Assembly (NCBI GenBank): GCA_002633005.1
Contig: NMRA01000164.1
Span: forward strand, 372,489-436,488
Length of the DNA stretch: 64,000 nt
Direction of reading: 5' to 3'
Source: Phoronis australis
Taxonomy: Eukaryota > Animalia > Phoronida
The notes beneath the pieces were generated by a model. The model was not told the DNA's origin and did no database searches. It saw only the letters and a program-made list of their open reading frames with translations. Made by a program: the position numbers and the translations under genes. Shown here in pieces: positions 1-13,338 of this stretch; the first letter of the stretch is position 1, and every line of letters starts with the position of its first letter.

Positions 1-139
1 GAGTTATTTGAGATTTTCTGATAACGCTGTTCCTTTGTTGAGCGCTCTTGCTGCATTGATTTTGGTTTATCTTCTATTGAACTAGACTGTAGCCTATTTC
101 TTATTGATTTATGACATCTAAGTTCGTCATATGAATGTT

Positions 140-380
140 GTGATGTTGTTCATCATCGCCACCACCGGCATCATATTCGTCATCATCTTCGTAATCATCT
201 CCGTCGTCATGTCTTTTCTGTTAATTTCGCCAAGTGTCGCTCAAAACTATAGCCTTTTTCTTACTGATTTCGTACTTCAACATTCGTCATGTGTATGTTG
301 TTATTACTTCTTGTGTTCAACCTCGCCGCCATCGTCGTCATATTCGTCATCTTCGTCATCATCATTATCGTCATCTTCTT
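140..380. repeat. Degenerate (TCA/TCG/TCT)n trinucleotide tracts
   Basis: Runs such as catcgtcgtcatattcgtcatcttcgtcatcatcattatcgtcatc. They explain the poly-Ser and poly-Ile/Val ORFs at 131 and 289. Confidence 0.8.
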
Positions 381-1880
381 GGTTAATTTCGCCAAGGTTC
401 GCTCCTCGGAGCGCTTTCATTTTTTTTTGTTTGTTCGCACTCTACAGGTCGCAATTTTCGTCCGATTTTCACGAAATTTGCACACAACGTGTAGATCGGA
501 AAGTCCTAGAAGCCTATTGTTTTTGGTCATGATCGGATACAAAATGGCGGACGTGGCGGCCATTTTGTATCCGATTTCACAGTCAAATAATCGTAGAGGT
601 CGCATTTTTCGACCTATATGGCTGAAAATCGGTACGAATATACTAGAACGCATGTGCTACAATTATTTAGAAAATTGTGCACTTCCGGTTAAAGATGGCG
701 GAAATATTGGACGTGGTGCATGCGCACCCCAAAATATGGCCAAAAACGTTTTCTCCTGTAGAGGGTGTATTTGCAAACCAATTACTTTCAAACTGGTCAC
801 GTGTTTATTGAGTTTAATAAGCTTTTATAAAAAATTATTGAACCGGAAGTCACTTTCAAGATGGCGGGTGTGGGGCATGTTCACACGGTTTCAATCGCTC
901 TGGTGTCGCACTTTTTATGGGAAGAGCAAATGACGTGAATTTTTGCATGTGGATTCCTTGAAGTATGGCCTTTCAAAAAGTCTGCGAGAGCGTATTTTTC
1001 AGACTTACCGTTTTCGAGTTAATTGACTTTGCATTTCAAAAAAACGGCAAATTTTTAATTTTCTCGAAAAAGTTTTGGAGTTTTGCCAAACTACCACTTT
1101 AGATAGAGTTTTGAACGGGCTTTCAGGAGATATTTTCCATTTTGCGCTACGACGTCTACTTTTTGAATTATTCGACATTTTCGGTTACCGTTGTTCCTTC
1201 GGTCACACGCAGCTGGCAGGCTTTCAGCTCACTTTGTTTTGGTTATGCCTAGTTGACCCAGACTGACCCAGCCAGCACTGTCCTACTGTAAAGCATGGCT
1301 CGTCCGTAATGTTGCGCCATCTATTGTACTTTATTGTAGTTGATTGTATGCTCTATCAAAGTACGTAGAGTTGTGGACGGGCTTTCAGACGATATTTTCC
1401 ATTTTGCACTACAACGTCTACTTTTGAATTATTCGAGATTTTCGAATGCCGTTGTTCCTTCGGTCACTTATGAAAGGACGCAGCTGGCTGGCTTTCAGTT
1501 CACTTTATTTTGGTTATGCCTAGTTGACCCAGACTGACCGAGCCAGCACTGTCCTACTGCAGACTGGACCGTCATGTTGCGCCATCTATTGTTCTTTATT
1601 GTAGTTGATTGTATGCTCTCTATTTGATTTCTTCGCTAGTCACATGGATGTTATCGTGTTTGTCAAACTACCATTTAAGATAGAGTTTTGAACGGACTTT
1701 CATTCTGTATTGTAGTTGACTGTATGCTCTCAATTTGATTTCTTCGCTAGTCACATGAATGATATCGCGTTCGTCGTCTTTTCGATTAATTCCGCCAAGT
1801 GTCGCTTCTCCGAGCGCTCTCGTTGTTTTTTTAGCCAGTTAAACAGGGCGAAATGCAAGTTTCAGCATAAATCTTTACCA
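222..1880 (+). mobile_element. Helentron/HINE-like non-autonomous element(s) with (TCA/TCG)n microsatellite, ~150-bp diverged internal subunits and internal duplications; boundaries approximate
   Basis: The end motif TTAATTTCGCCAAG recurs at ~222, ~383 and ~1786 (variant), and its inverse GGCGAAAT is at ~1847. Subunits begin GTCGCA/GGGTGTA at ~448, 599, 763 and 905. Segment 1101-1350 is duplicated at ~1365-1620. The family call rests on architecture only. Confidence 0.5.
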
Positions 1881-4800
1881 GGGGAACCATATACAAGATA
1901 AAAAATATAAACAAAGTTAGGAAAAGATAAGTTTGTGTGAATTCATTAGTCGCTTATACGTAGCATGCAAGATAAGATCAGCAAACCAAAAGTATTGCGC
2001 AAATCTTACGCCAACAAAATTTGCACGCAAGTGGACGAGAACAGACGCACCGTTTACCCCAGAATATCCGGTGAAGTCCTTAGCATCTCATGGGCTTGAT
2101 GGCGCCATCACAGATAGAAGTGAGCTAGTCGCTATTCATGGGCTTGGCTGAACGTGCTGAATGAAATAATTGCGGTCGTAAACCAAACAAAACACGCCTG
2201 GTGAGTGTTGAATTTCAAAGTCAAAAACTGAACACTAAGTAAGACAAAAGACCAACACCGCTGCTTTTAAAATTGAAAAGTAGAAAATAGCCGTCATTGA
2301 ATTTTTAAAATTGAGGCATTATAACAGAAATTAGCAAATAAATTTTCTTCAGCATCGAGCTAAGCAAGGAGCATTAATTTGTGAATCGATTACGATAGGT
2401 TAGTCACAGTCTGGCTTAGGCTTGCTTGGGCCTTGGGGGTAACAAAACCCCAAATGTTAGCGTAGGATTTGCCTCGTACAAAAATATTTCAGTGTAAAAG
2501 GAACAAAAAATACGCCAAATTACTGTTCAAACAACTATTGCAATAATTAGCATTTCCTAAAACAATACAAATAGTAATACAATACAAATAGTAATACAAT
2601 ACAAACCCACTCGGTCATTCTTCATTCCCGTAAGTACAAGGAAACGACCTTAGATAATTCCCAATCAAACGTAATTAGTTATTCCAAACAAGCTAAATGC
2701 ATATAGTTAAATGTCAGGAGCTCAATTCCTTCGAGGAAAGTTCTACCAGCGAAGAGAACACGGCAAGCGAAGATGAGCATCGCCAAAGCTAAAAAAGTCG
2801 ATAGACCATGCGAGAGTAATTAGACCCGGACTCATTAGTATTCTGTGGGAAAATTAAACTAGTTAAGGTTCAACTGTAGCAATGACACTTTGCACATGTA
2901 CAGCAAATGTAATTTGTCATTATACGGAATGACTGATTTCTTATAATTAGCGTTGTGAGTTAGCATCAAGCAAGGAAAAAATCGGCGTCACCAATTCCTG
3001 TGTTAGTTAATGAGAAGTTGAGAAACATTAACCAATACTTTCAGAGATGGATAGCATGAAATTCCAAATAGCAAACATTCAAGACATGTGTTCAGTGAAA
3101 GGAGAGTACAAATATGACTTCTGCTACTAAGATTCCATTTTGCGTTTTGTTGAACAATGTCCCATGAATTGACAAGTTATAACCAACTGATATTTTACAA
3201 TGTTGGCTTTTTCATTGAGTCATTTCAAAATCCCACCACTCAACGAAACTAAAAATTTTGTGGACAAATTTCAAATTATTCATCACATACCAACATTGTT
3301 ATGCCCAACACAGACTTGGACAAAAAAATGAACAGGAAACAAAAGAATATTTCACAAAAGCAGCAACTTGTCGAATGAGAGGAATGACTTAAAGTACAAA
3401 ATCTCAGGTTTGGGTTGTTTTAAGAAGTAAATATCTTCTCGTATTTGAATTGTCATATACTTTTGTTATTCACAATAACTTATGCTTCTGCAATTACCCA
3501 ATGCACTTGCAATGGCTGAATCATGATCAGAGTTTCAATTCTCTCAATCGAACATGTGACGACATGAGCAGTGTTTACAATAGCCGATGATGTAGAATAG
3601 GTCTGACTTTTATGAGGAATTCGAGCAACTTTTTGACGACAAAGTTAATGTTAATGAACTGGGACTAGTTGGTTCCTAGACTGGGATGAGTACGGGTGTC
3701 GGTGTTGTACGAAGTAGCTCCAAAGTCGCTTCATTTAGTCCACAGTGACAGCGCAATTGGTGGCGCTTGAGCCTGCTGTGGTTGTGGGATATGGTGAGCA
3801 AGTAAACAAGACCAAAATGATAAGCCTTCGTTGTTTTTAAATTTACTATTATAGTTAGTGTGCTGAGAACAAGATTTGAAAAGATTTGGAATCATTACTG
3901 ATTGCAATTACGATGCCAAAACGATGTAAACAGTGCGACTCTCCCGATCACTAATTGTCGAAACACTGCTTATGACATCAAATGCACTCTGGTGACCTTA
4001 TCAGTTTATTGGAAGCGTTTGAGTACAAATTGCAAATAATTGATGAATGACTGGACTTATGAGCAGGACTGTGCTTACTAGTGTTACGATGTAATAAACC
4101 AGGTATTGAAGTGTACATTTTATTGGAATTGACCCAGACAGACATGCAATGAACATCTTTTCAAAACAACATTTGAGGCACTATTTAGAAACTCCTAGCT
4201 GTTCTGCCATGCCACTGACTACAGTAGTGATGGTGGTAGTGGTGGTGGTGGTGGTACCTCAAGGAACCCCTAGATGGCAGCATGTGATCTGTTGTCAATT
4301 GGTTCCCTCAAGTCTGTCACTAGCAGACCACTGACCAACGCCCACAGCAAAAGCACATGCGAAATACCATAGTGGTGGGTTAAACAAAGACCCAAATGAC
4401 AAGAACTGATTATGGGATACGGTAAACTCTCATCAATTTAGGACACGATACGGTAGACAAGAGAAAACTTTATTTTTACACTTTCTTTATACACGATAAG
4501 TAGCACAAACTTAAAGCTATACCAGTTTTAACTTGTAACTTAGCTAACAGCGGACGTTTTGAGAAACTGTGGGCATTCACAGCATTTGAAAAATGAAAAA
4601 AGGTTAATTTTAGCAATTACTTTTGTCCAAAATGGGTGAGATTTTACATTACTCCGAATCGACCCAGTGTGCAAGAAAAAAACAGCCCACTGTCACTTTG
4701 GAACAAAATGTACACAACAGTCCAGTTTTTATTCAGAAATCTTACTGGCATGGAATAGTATACAAGTAAGACTTGCATATAGTGGAGTCATCTGCTTGAA

Positions 4801-5227
4801 GACCAGGAGGGCAGTCTTTTTTCTGTAGTGGGAACCAAGCTTCTAAATCTGGGGCGATATTTATCTGGCCAAAATGAAAAAATGTGGCAAAAAGGTAGAG
4901 CTGTGCTCCATGTGTATACCTATACGAAAGAAGGCTAACATGACCTATATTCAAACCTAATCAGGAAAAAGTCTACCAAAGCTACATCCTATAAAAGCTT
5001 AACTGCTAGTTCCTAGTGTGGGTCGCTAGATTTGCCAGCATTTTAAAATCATATCATGCAGAGCACCGAAATGTGAATCAAGCAAACAGAGTGATTGCCC
5101 ATCTCACTTTTTATACTCACTTAACCTTAACTGATATAACTGATATCCGGAATTTATATCAAACGGTGAAATAGAAAATCAAATAATTCAAGCAATAATC
5201 CACCGCTAGTCCCCGTTACAATGAGTG

Positions 5228-5274
5228 CCCCCCCCAGGTTTGAAGACTGAAAGACTTCAAACCGGGGGGGGGGG
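5228..5274. repeat. Short hairpin/palindrome with poly-C and poly-G ends
   Basis: C-run, GGTTTGAAG, 9-nt loop, CTTCAAACC, G-run. Confidence 0.65.
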
Positions 5275-7899
5275 AGCAGTAGTCTGCTGGGAAAAAAACT
5301 TATGATACGGTCGGTATTTTAAGTCTCTAACGACCCATTTTCATTAAACTTTAATGGAAGTATTATTGTTGATATGCTTGCAAAACTTGTCACTTGTGAG
5401 TTAGGTGAGGTGTCAAAATTTCTTGAATGCAGCACTGTTCTGCCATATTACTCGCCTTTAGTGAACATACATGTCTGGCAGGCAAGCAGTCAGAGCAACA
5501 CCCACATCTGATCAGGCTAGAGGCTCTCTAGTGAATAGTTCTAACATGTCACTCAAGCTAATAATTCTAGCAAAGGAGGGTGTGGGAACATGTAAACACA
5601 ATGATAGTTGGCCATCTTTGTCCCACAAGCATTGGTTGTCAACGAAAGCGTCATGACAGTTTCACAATGTCTTTGGGGCAGTTGCAATAAAAGCAACTAT
5701 ACACAAACAACCATCAAGGAAAAGTGCTCCTCACTGATCAGCTGAATAAACATCTGGATAAACAAGCACAAAGTGAAAGAAATTGATATTCCTAAGGTAT
5801 CACAAATATTTGTTATTTTCATATGTAAGTGAATAGACAATTAAAAGCAGTATTTCGCCTGATTGCTGGATAAAAAATGAAAATCAAATTTACCTTTTAC
5901 TCTCATAAAATCGGTCTCAAGAGATTCTTTACTATGACAGGATTCTATTTCTATCATTGAAAACCATCAGCAAATCAAGACAATGATGTCAGTTTATTGG
6001 TGATGGCTAACCCTAAAATTGAGAATTCAAACAAAAGTCATACCACAGTAAGGATTATCAGATCGATTTCTTTTGAGTAAGAGGCCCAATTCGATATCTG
6101 TTTTTCAGCTAAACAAAGCGAAAGGCAGCTTTAAACACGTGGAACACATGTGGGTGACAGCACATGTGTCTCACAAAAATATGGCCTCGGAGATATCCCC
6201 GATTTATGACATTAAGCCACCAGTAGATACTAATCAGTTTCAAATGCAGTCAACTTGCATCACTTGCGCATCATTTGTGCTATGAAATAGTTTACCCACT
6301 TAGTGTACTCTTATGTTCGATGACAATGCGGCAAAATTTCACCAATTTAGCGCACAGTGTAGTGGATAAGTGAAATCTTATTTTCTCGTTTTTTTCATAA
6401 CAGACACGTAGAACCAAATTAACACTTTTCCATGTTCACGCCCTGCACAATAGCTATCAGTAGACAACATTTTGAAAAATTGTAGACGTTCACAATAATG
6501 TAAGACGCCCTTGAAAAATGAAAAAAGAGCAATTTAGTTGATAATTTCGTCCAAAATATTACTGTATAGTCACCAAACATAACAATACACTGTGATACAA
6601 CTACAGTTGTTTAAATGGAGCAGACATAAGTGAATGAAGTCCAACATGTCAATGGGCTCAAAGGCTTCGTATCGTGGATATACCGCAAAGTACAACAGTT
6701 TGTTAGATTCCCCAGGACTCACTTAGACTTGTCTCCCTCTATGTGGTAAGATTTTCAGTAAAATATGATCAAAAAACACATTGGGGTGAATCTGTTGTAG
6801 CATACTTGCTAACAACTTCTGCTATATTGGCTTTGAGCTCGTGTGACCATAACAACAGTAACTATGGTGGGCGTGGTCCGATTGCGTTCCTCGGAACTAT
6901 CCATTGACAGGGCTGGTGGGGATGTACAGTCAACTTGGGAGGAAGCCATGCCCTTTTAAGGGGGATAGCAAAGGCAATTGTTTTGAGTGAGGCATATCAT
7001 TTGATGCAATCTCAGGTACCCATCTTTAACCCTGGTTGTCCTGAGGTATTATGCTGGTATAAATTTATAGTAGTACCCCCAACTGATTACAGTGTTTCTC
7101 CATAAATTTTGCACAAAAGTAATTGCCAAAGTTGTCATTTTTCAAAGCCCGGTTACTTTGCTAACAATAACGGAGACTAATAAATGTTTTATGTAATCTA
7201 TACAGTACAAACTGTGCTTGTACTACACTAGATTCTTCATCAATATCTTTGTGGAAAAATTAGACAAAGTTGAATGTCGTGCGTCAGTCAGACTGTGTGC
7301 TATACAGGTGAAGAATTATTGTGTGTGTAAGAGAGGCCCCTTCCCTATGATAGGTCGATGATAGAACCCTTCAAAACACGCAGAAAGTAAATGTCCGCTT
7401 TCGTTAGCGACCATACAAGGTCTTAAGTTGATAAGTCAGTTAAGTTTGGGCTGATCAATACCCATCACACATACCAGTGTTGTCCGTAGCGACACTCGTT
7501 GTGTGCAAAAGAAGCTTCTTCTACAAGACAAGGTCAACGCTCTCAACATGTCAGACCATAACTAAGACTTGTTATTGCATAACCACATACATTAGACCAG
7601 CATCACCAGCTTACATCATGCCTGAAGTAACACGAAACAGCAATTAAGATATATTTAATCAACGAATACTCAATTAATATGGATATTTGGGGAGAAATTG
7701 TGCAACTCTCACGATCTCATTAAGCTGCAGCCGTTAATGAGTTTACCTGGGACAATCACCTTTGAAGTTAATCTTTTTTTCAATTGCACTGGATATTAAG
7801 AGTTCAACACTAAAATAACATGTGATCCAAAATTAGTCCCATTTTTGCAACTATTTTTATGGAAATACAGCATGTCATGAAGCAGATTTTGCAAAGTTG

Positions 7900-8610
7900 G
7901 TGAATGGATGCGAAGGAAGGAGGGATGGTAAGGATGGAAGAGGTTAGAAGATGGGAATCGTAAGGCAGGGAATCAAACAGATGGAAAGCACAGATGGTGA
8001 GTCAGGTAGGGATGGGTTGGTGGGAGGAGATGAGGATGAATGGGAGAGGAGTGAAGGGTGGGTGGAAGGAGGGATGGATTGGTGGAAGGGGAGGATGAAT
8101 GGCAGATGGATGAACGATACGTGGAAGGAGAGATGAGTTGGTGGTAAGGGAGGAGGATGAATGGAAGAGGAGTGAAGGATGGGTGGAAGGAGGGATGGGT
8201 TGGTGGGAGGAGAGGATGAATGGGAGAGCAGTGAAGGATAGTCGGAAGGAGGGATGGGTAGGAGGGAAGGGTGGATGGGTGGGAGGGAAGGAAGAAGGTA
8301 TGGGTGAGGGGTGAAGGATGGATGGATAGAATGGAAGGAAGATGGGTGGGTGGGAGAGAAGGAAGTATGGGTGGGATGGAAGGCACGATGTACGCGTGAG
8401 GAGTGAAGGACGGACGGATACGACGGGAGAGGAGGAAGGATGAATAGGTTTGAGTCAGGAGTGAAGGATGGATGGATTATGATGGAAGGATGGATAGGAT
8501 GAAGGAACGATGCACTGTTGAGAGGGAGTGAAGGATGGACAGATGGGAGAAAAGGGTGAGCGAGAGAGGGAAGGACAGATGCTCTTTGGAAGGAAAGGAA
8601 AGGTGTAGAC
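7900..8610 (+). repeat. Purine-rich low-complexity tract (GGA/GGAT/GAAG repeats)
   Basis: About 700 bp strongly enriched in G/A on the + strand, with recurring gagtgaaggatgg and gggatgggttggtggg units. Confidence 0.9.
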
Positions 8611-9276
8611 ACAGTAAGTCAATGAGGTAGCGATGGAGCAGGGCTGGGTTCAACGCAAGAATTCCACAATTAAAGCTAGAGGGTCACTTGCTTTGTTTGT
8701 AATGCATGTCAATATCTCTTTAACATTTGGGTGATCTTGAATTTTTTGAGTTTCTTGAGTCTACGAAATGCAGGCCATGAAAGAGAGTAAAGAGAAAAGA
8801 CACACCGCAAGAGCTACAGAATCGGAAAAACACAGAGATAGAAATAAGACTGACCATTTATGCAGACTACCAGGAACGAGGAAAGCTTACTATAGGTGTA
8901 AAATCTTTGCACAAGAACGAAAACAGCATGACATCAGATTATGAATTTTGCAGGTTGATGTAGTTAGACGAGTCACTACACGCCATACAATATTCAAATA
9001 CCTCAATGACATTGCAAGATAATCTGAATTTTTCTAGTCAAGATTGCTTCCCTATGTAAGAAATTTAAGGGACATTATAGTATAAGCAACAAATGTTTTG
9101 AGCGCAGAAGAATTAAATCAACAGACAAAAAACAGGTCCAATATTTAAGTATAATAAAATGCTTTGTCATCACATGACCCTGCATTACATTAACACAAAG
9201 TTGTATAACATGTTGTGAGTTGTTATGGCGCAAGTAGTTACGGCTCGAGTTTTCACGACACAAGTTGTTCCACTTC

Positions 9277-9661
9277 AGTCACATTTACACGATATTAAGA
9301 TCACAAATGTATCAGCGTGAGTCATTTACATGAAAACTGTCTGCGCATGCTCACACAAACAACAGCGAACATCCAAACCACGTGGAAAGCCAGCGCATCA
9401 CCTGTATATGAATATAAATATGGTACTGCGCAAGCGTAATAGAGATGATCCCTTCCGCCATGTCTGTTTGTGTTTAGGCGTATAGTAAACACTGGAGCAA
9501 ATGATCGAGTGCAACTTGCTCTATATCTCAAACCAGTGTCAAAAATGGCCTCTGCAGTGGCAACTTGCTCTGTGTCGGTCGTGTTTACACACGTACTTGC
9601 GCACAATCAGCTGTTCTATGTCAGCTGCTCCGTGTCAAATGTTCCTTGTGTAAATGCGACT
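9277..9661 (+). mobile_element. MITE, PIF/Harbinger-like (family A, copy 1)
   Basis: 14-bp terminal inverted repeats AGTCACATTTACAC / GTGTAAATGCGACT (1 mismatch). The interior is homologous to 40668-41091 (e.g. tagagatgatcc(c/t)ttccgcc). Confidence 0.7.
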
Positions 9662-10903
9662 AATAACACATTATGTCTACTGTATCAAGTTTTAGCATAC
9701 CGGTATCATTTTTAACACCAAATCTTTTAAGACACAGGGAGAAAGCATGCAACTATTAATTACCACAAGGAATAATGCAGAGCTTTACGATATTTGGTTG
9801 AAAGCTTAAACACGATCAACGTACAAAAATCACCAAAGAAATGACTTCTGTACCATATCATTGGTATTTCATTAACTTGTAATTTGCCCCTGCGTTGCAA
9901 TCTATGGAGAAAATGCATTAATTTTTCCACATTAAAAGTGATTGACGTACTGTATAATTCACAAAGTCATTAAATACTTCAGAAACCCAGGGCCTAATTA
10001 CATCTAACTGCCATTAATTGCACCGATGTACACCATGCAAAGCCTCACATGTTACAGTCTTTGTTTTCACATCTAAGCATGATGTATCTAGCAAAAGTAA
10101 AACACAATCCTTATGTTACGTCATCTAAAACCAACAAATTTTAAAAACTAAGTTTTTGTCAATAATTGCGGTCCAATCTTTTCAAGTTCGACAGAGACTG
10201 TAACAGAATACTTTGGTGTCAAGAAAGATTACACAACAAGATTATGGTAACCCTCTTTTCTATTTCGCACAAACATAAGTGGCAAAGTAACTTTTTTCTA
10301 CTTTTAAGGCTGATTACATTAAATTTTACAAGTTCTGTGATTCAGTATAAAAATGTTAATCACGAAGTCAATTTTCTCACGAAGCTCAAGTCTACTGAAA
10401 AATTTGAAAATAACATTTCACAGATCTGCCGTATTACGTGTTATATTAAAGAGAGCATACTATATATTATTTAAAACTTGATTGAATAACATTATAAAGT
10501 CTGCTTCATACGTTTTATATAAAAGGAGAATCATAACCATTTGAGTCCAAGACGTGGGCATTCATTATCATTTGTGATAAAAACAGAGACCAGAGACAGC
10601 TGAAATTTCTGAAAATTGCTCACCAGAGGTCAGTGTCTACTCGGATTTCACTGATTTTCGGTCATGAGGACAGTTAGCTCCCGTTGTGACCACCAACACA
10701 CAGTTGTGTTTGTCCTTCGACTTATGTTGACAACCAAAGATTATCACTGAAAATAAATGTTATCGGTCAAAGTCATTAAGTAAATGTTAAGAAGAAGCAC
10801 TGTCATGTCCTGTGGGAATAAAGAGATTACATGGACAAAACCAATTTTGTTTAAATAATTTTCATAAAACTTTTAAAACAATTCTTTGACATAATAAATA
10901 AAT

Positions 10904-10951
10904 AGCAGAGCTAAGAAATAAATATTTTAATATTCATTTCTTAGCTCTGCT
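10904..10951. repeat. Near-perfect palindrome with 23-bp arms
   Basis: AGCAGAGCTAAGAAATAAATATT-TT-AATATTCATTTCTTAGCTCTGCT, one mismatch. Confidence 0.85.
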
Positions 10952-11663
10952 CTGCTCTGCTTAAAAGTTATTTTTTATATCAAGCATGCTTGACAGCTTT
11001 ATTCGAGAATGAAATCTCATACTGATGCTGAAAAATTGAAAGGTTTTATTGGCATATAACAAAGTATCTTATGTGTACTATTTTTAGGAAGGATATGCAG
11101 GAAATCAGGTAATTGGGGCAAACCAAAAGTGCTCAGTCGTGACACAGCCATCATTTTTCATATGCAGAATTCTGACTTAAGCCTAGTAATTAGTGAATGC
11201 TTGCACTTTTTCTTTCATCGGCAGTTAATTAGTTTATCTGCCTGGCGGATCTAAATCTGCACTTTGTCAGTTGAGACAAGCAGGTTCAAGTACACAGCTA
11301 CGGCTGAGTTTTTCCTGTCAGATAATTACATTTTCTCATAAAAATGGCATTCTTCTCTCTCCTTGTCTATACTAATTTAATCAGTGTGTTTATGTTGGAT
11401 GTTTGATATGCAAATGACGATACCAGGATTAAACACCCCAGTTTTTGCTGGCTTTTATCAAGTTTGGACGGAGATTTTTAGAACAAAATTGCATTTCAGG
11501 CATAGGCCCAGACTTTTTCATGCTTTATACACATATAAGTTCCTAAAACTTGTAATGGGATCAAAAGCTCATTCTACCATATTTCTGCCGTGTTTTGTCA
11601 ACTCAGTTAGCTAATATCAGACAAGTTGCTGACATCCCACACAGACTAAGCCTAAGACAATTC

Positions 11664-12092
11664 CAAGGTACCTAAACTACACGGTCAACGGACTCATAAA
11701 CACGGGCACGGACGCATGAACACGACTCACGGACCTGCAAACACCGTCCACTGACTCACAAACACGGGAATGGACTCACAAAACACGATACACGCACCCA
11801 AATACACGGGACACGGACTCACATTCACGAGGAAACACGGTTAACGGACCGCCAAACACGGGTCACGGACTCATCGGCTTCCTGGGTCAGCTGACATCTT
11901 CATTTTGTCCGTGACCCGTGTTTGGCGGTCCGTTAACCGTGCTTCCTCGTGAATGTGAGTCCGTGTCCCGTGTATTTGGGTGCGTGGATCGTGTTTTTGA
12001 GTCCGTTCCCGTGTTTGTGAGTCAGCGGACGGTGTTTGCATGTCCGTGAGTCGTGTTTATGAGTCCGTTGACCGTGTAGTTTAGGTACCTTG
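11664..12092. mobile_element. Foldback-type MITE with long subrepeated TIRs and a 5-bp TSD (AATTC)
   Basis: Starts CAAGGTACCTAAACTACACGGTCAACGGACTCATAAACACG and ends with its exact reverse complement. Arms of ~190-205 bp are built from ~20-bp CACGGACTCACAAACACG units around a ~36-bp spacer. AATTC flanks both ends (11659-11663 and 12093-12097). Confidence 0.9.
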
Positions 12093-12802
12093 AATTCCAC
12101 CCACCAGTTATGTTCATGAATGCATGCCCCTGTTAGACTAGCACATGGTCTATAGGCGACTTAAACAAGATAATAGTCAAATTGTTGCCATAATCCATTT
12201 TGCCCGGGGTACGCCATGAGCTATGTTGCAGAGTAAAACAAGAGGAAGATTGGGAATAATGTCATTTATTATGACGTTAATAGATAGAACTAAATAAGAC
12301 TCTGCAATATGGGCATGGAAAAAACGGCCTACAGAACACCTTGCTGGTGAGTTGTGGTGTTGGGCTGAAGAGGTTTGTTGATCATATATCTGATTTTTCA
12401 AATCATAATTCAAGGACGTTTAACATTTAAATGGTTACCGGCAGTTCAGGTAACTTGAATTATTTTCAGAAAAGTAATGATTTGAACACATGACAAGACT
12501 ACATACAACATATGGCATGGATAACTGGCACACAGTTGCAAACATTTGAAAATGAGGACATCTAGATCTAGGCCACACGGCAACACTGAGAAATTTCAGG
12601 CAGGACGCAGGACAATTAAAGCTGCCAACAGCAGGACATTTGGCAACCATGGGCAACATGTCCACAATTTCGAAATTAGGAAATGCTTGATTAATTCATA
12701 TAACTTTCAAGAATATTGTTGCCACAGGATTCTAAGTACAGTCCCGTGGAATGTGGTCAGACATGAGGATAACAAGAAAGGTCTCCGCTGCACCTCATCA
12801 GA

Positions 12803-13338
12803 CATGTCCACACAACAAAATACCCTAAAAGGCCTTTCATATCAACCCATTGTTTTGTAGAGTGGCAGATGATACTGGACTGAAGTTAACGGTGGAAGTT
12901 AACTTCGTAGTAAACAGGTGGATCTAACAGCGGACCATCCACATTTCAATGTAATTGCAACTATTAGCAGGTGCCACTGTCAACAACTGCACGTGCTGTG
13001 GGATATTCTTCAAACAATCACCATGATACAACTATAAGCACTGCATTTCATTTTTTTATCCGACCACATATAAAATACTTTGAATTTAAACATGCTTGCA
13101 TAACGTTCTGGAGTACCATCCTGCAATAACTTCGATGACTCGCACATCAAACAGTGATAACTTTGGTGTTCACTAACAACTGAAGTCGGTCTGAAAGATT
13201 CAACTACCTCGATAAAGTGAGGAAAATTTGTCACACTCACACGTATGTCAAGTTGCCCCAGCGCAAGTAGTACCACTAAACCTAGCGACTTATTTCAGGA
13301 CTAACTTGTTCTAGAGTAACCTGAGGTGTGGACGGCAC
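12803..13338. mobile_element. Degenerate MITE (family B, GTCCACAC termini)
   Basis: GTCCACAC at ~12806 and GTGTGGAC at ~13326. The end region (ttactctagaacaa in reverse complement) is shared with 20107-20484. Confidence 0.45.

Noticed and set aside
131-933. ORFs of 133 and 214 aa with hydrophobic or poly-Ser stretches
   Set aside because: They arise from a trinucleotide microsatellite and transposon sequence, with no protein-family motifs.
4840-4866. Minus-strand peptide DKYRPRFR resembling the PRL C-terminal EKYRPK motif
   Set aside because: The flanking residues show no PRL similarity (no RRGA/KQL or CAAX) and no other PRL exons were found, so it is probably chance.
7944-8612. 222-aa Pro/Ser/His-rich ORF and overlapping ORFs
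   Set aside because: They are translations of a purine-rich simple repeat that lacks stops by composition.
11664-12092. CRISPR-like short periodic repeats
   Set aside because: There are no unique spacers and no cas genes, the context is eukaryotic, and the repeats are subunits of inverted transposon arms.
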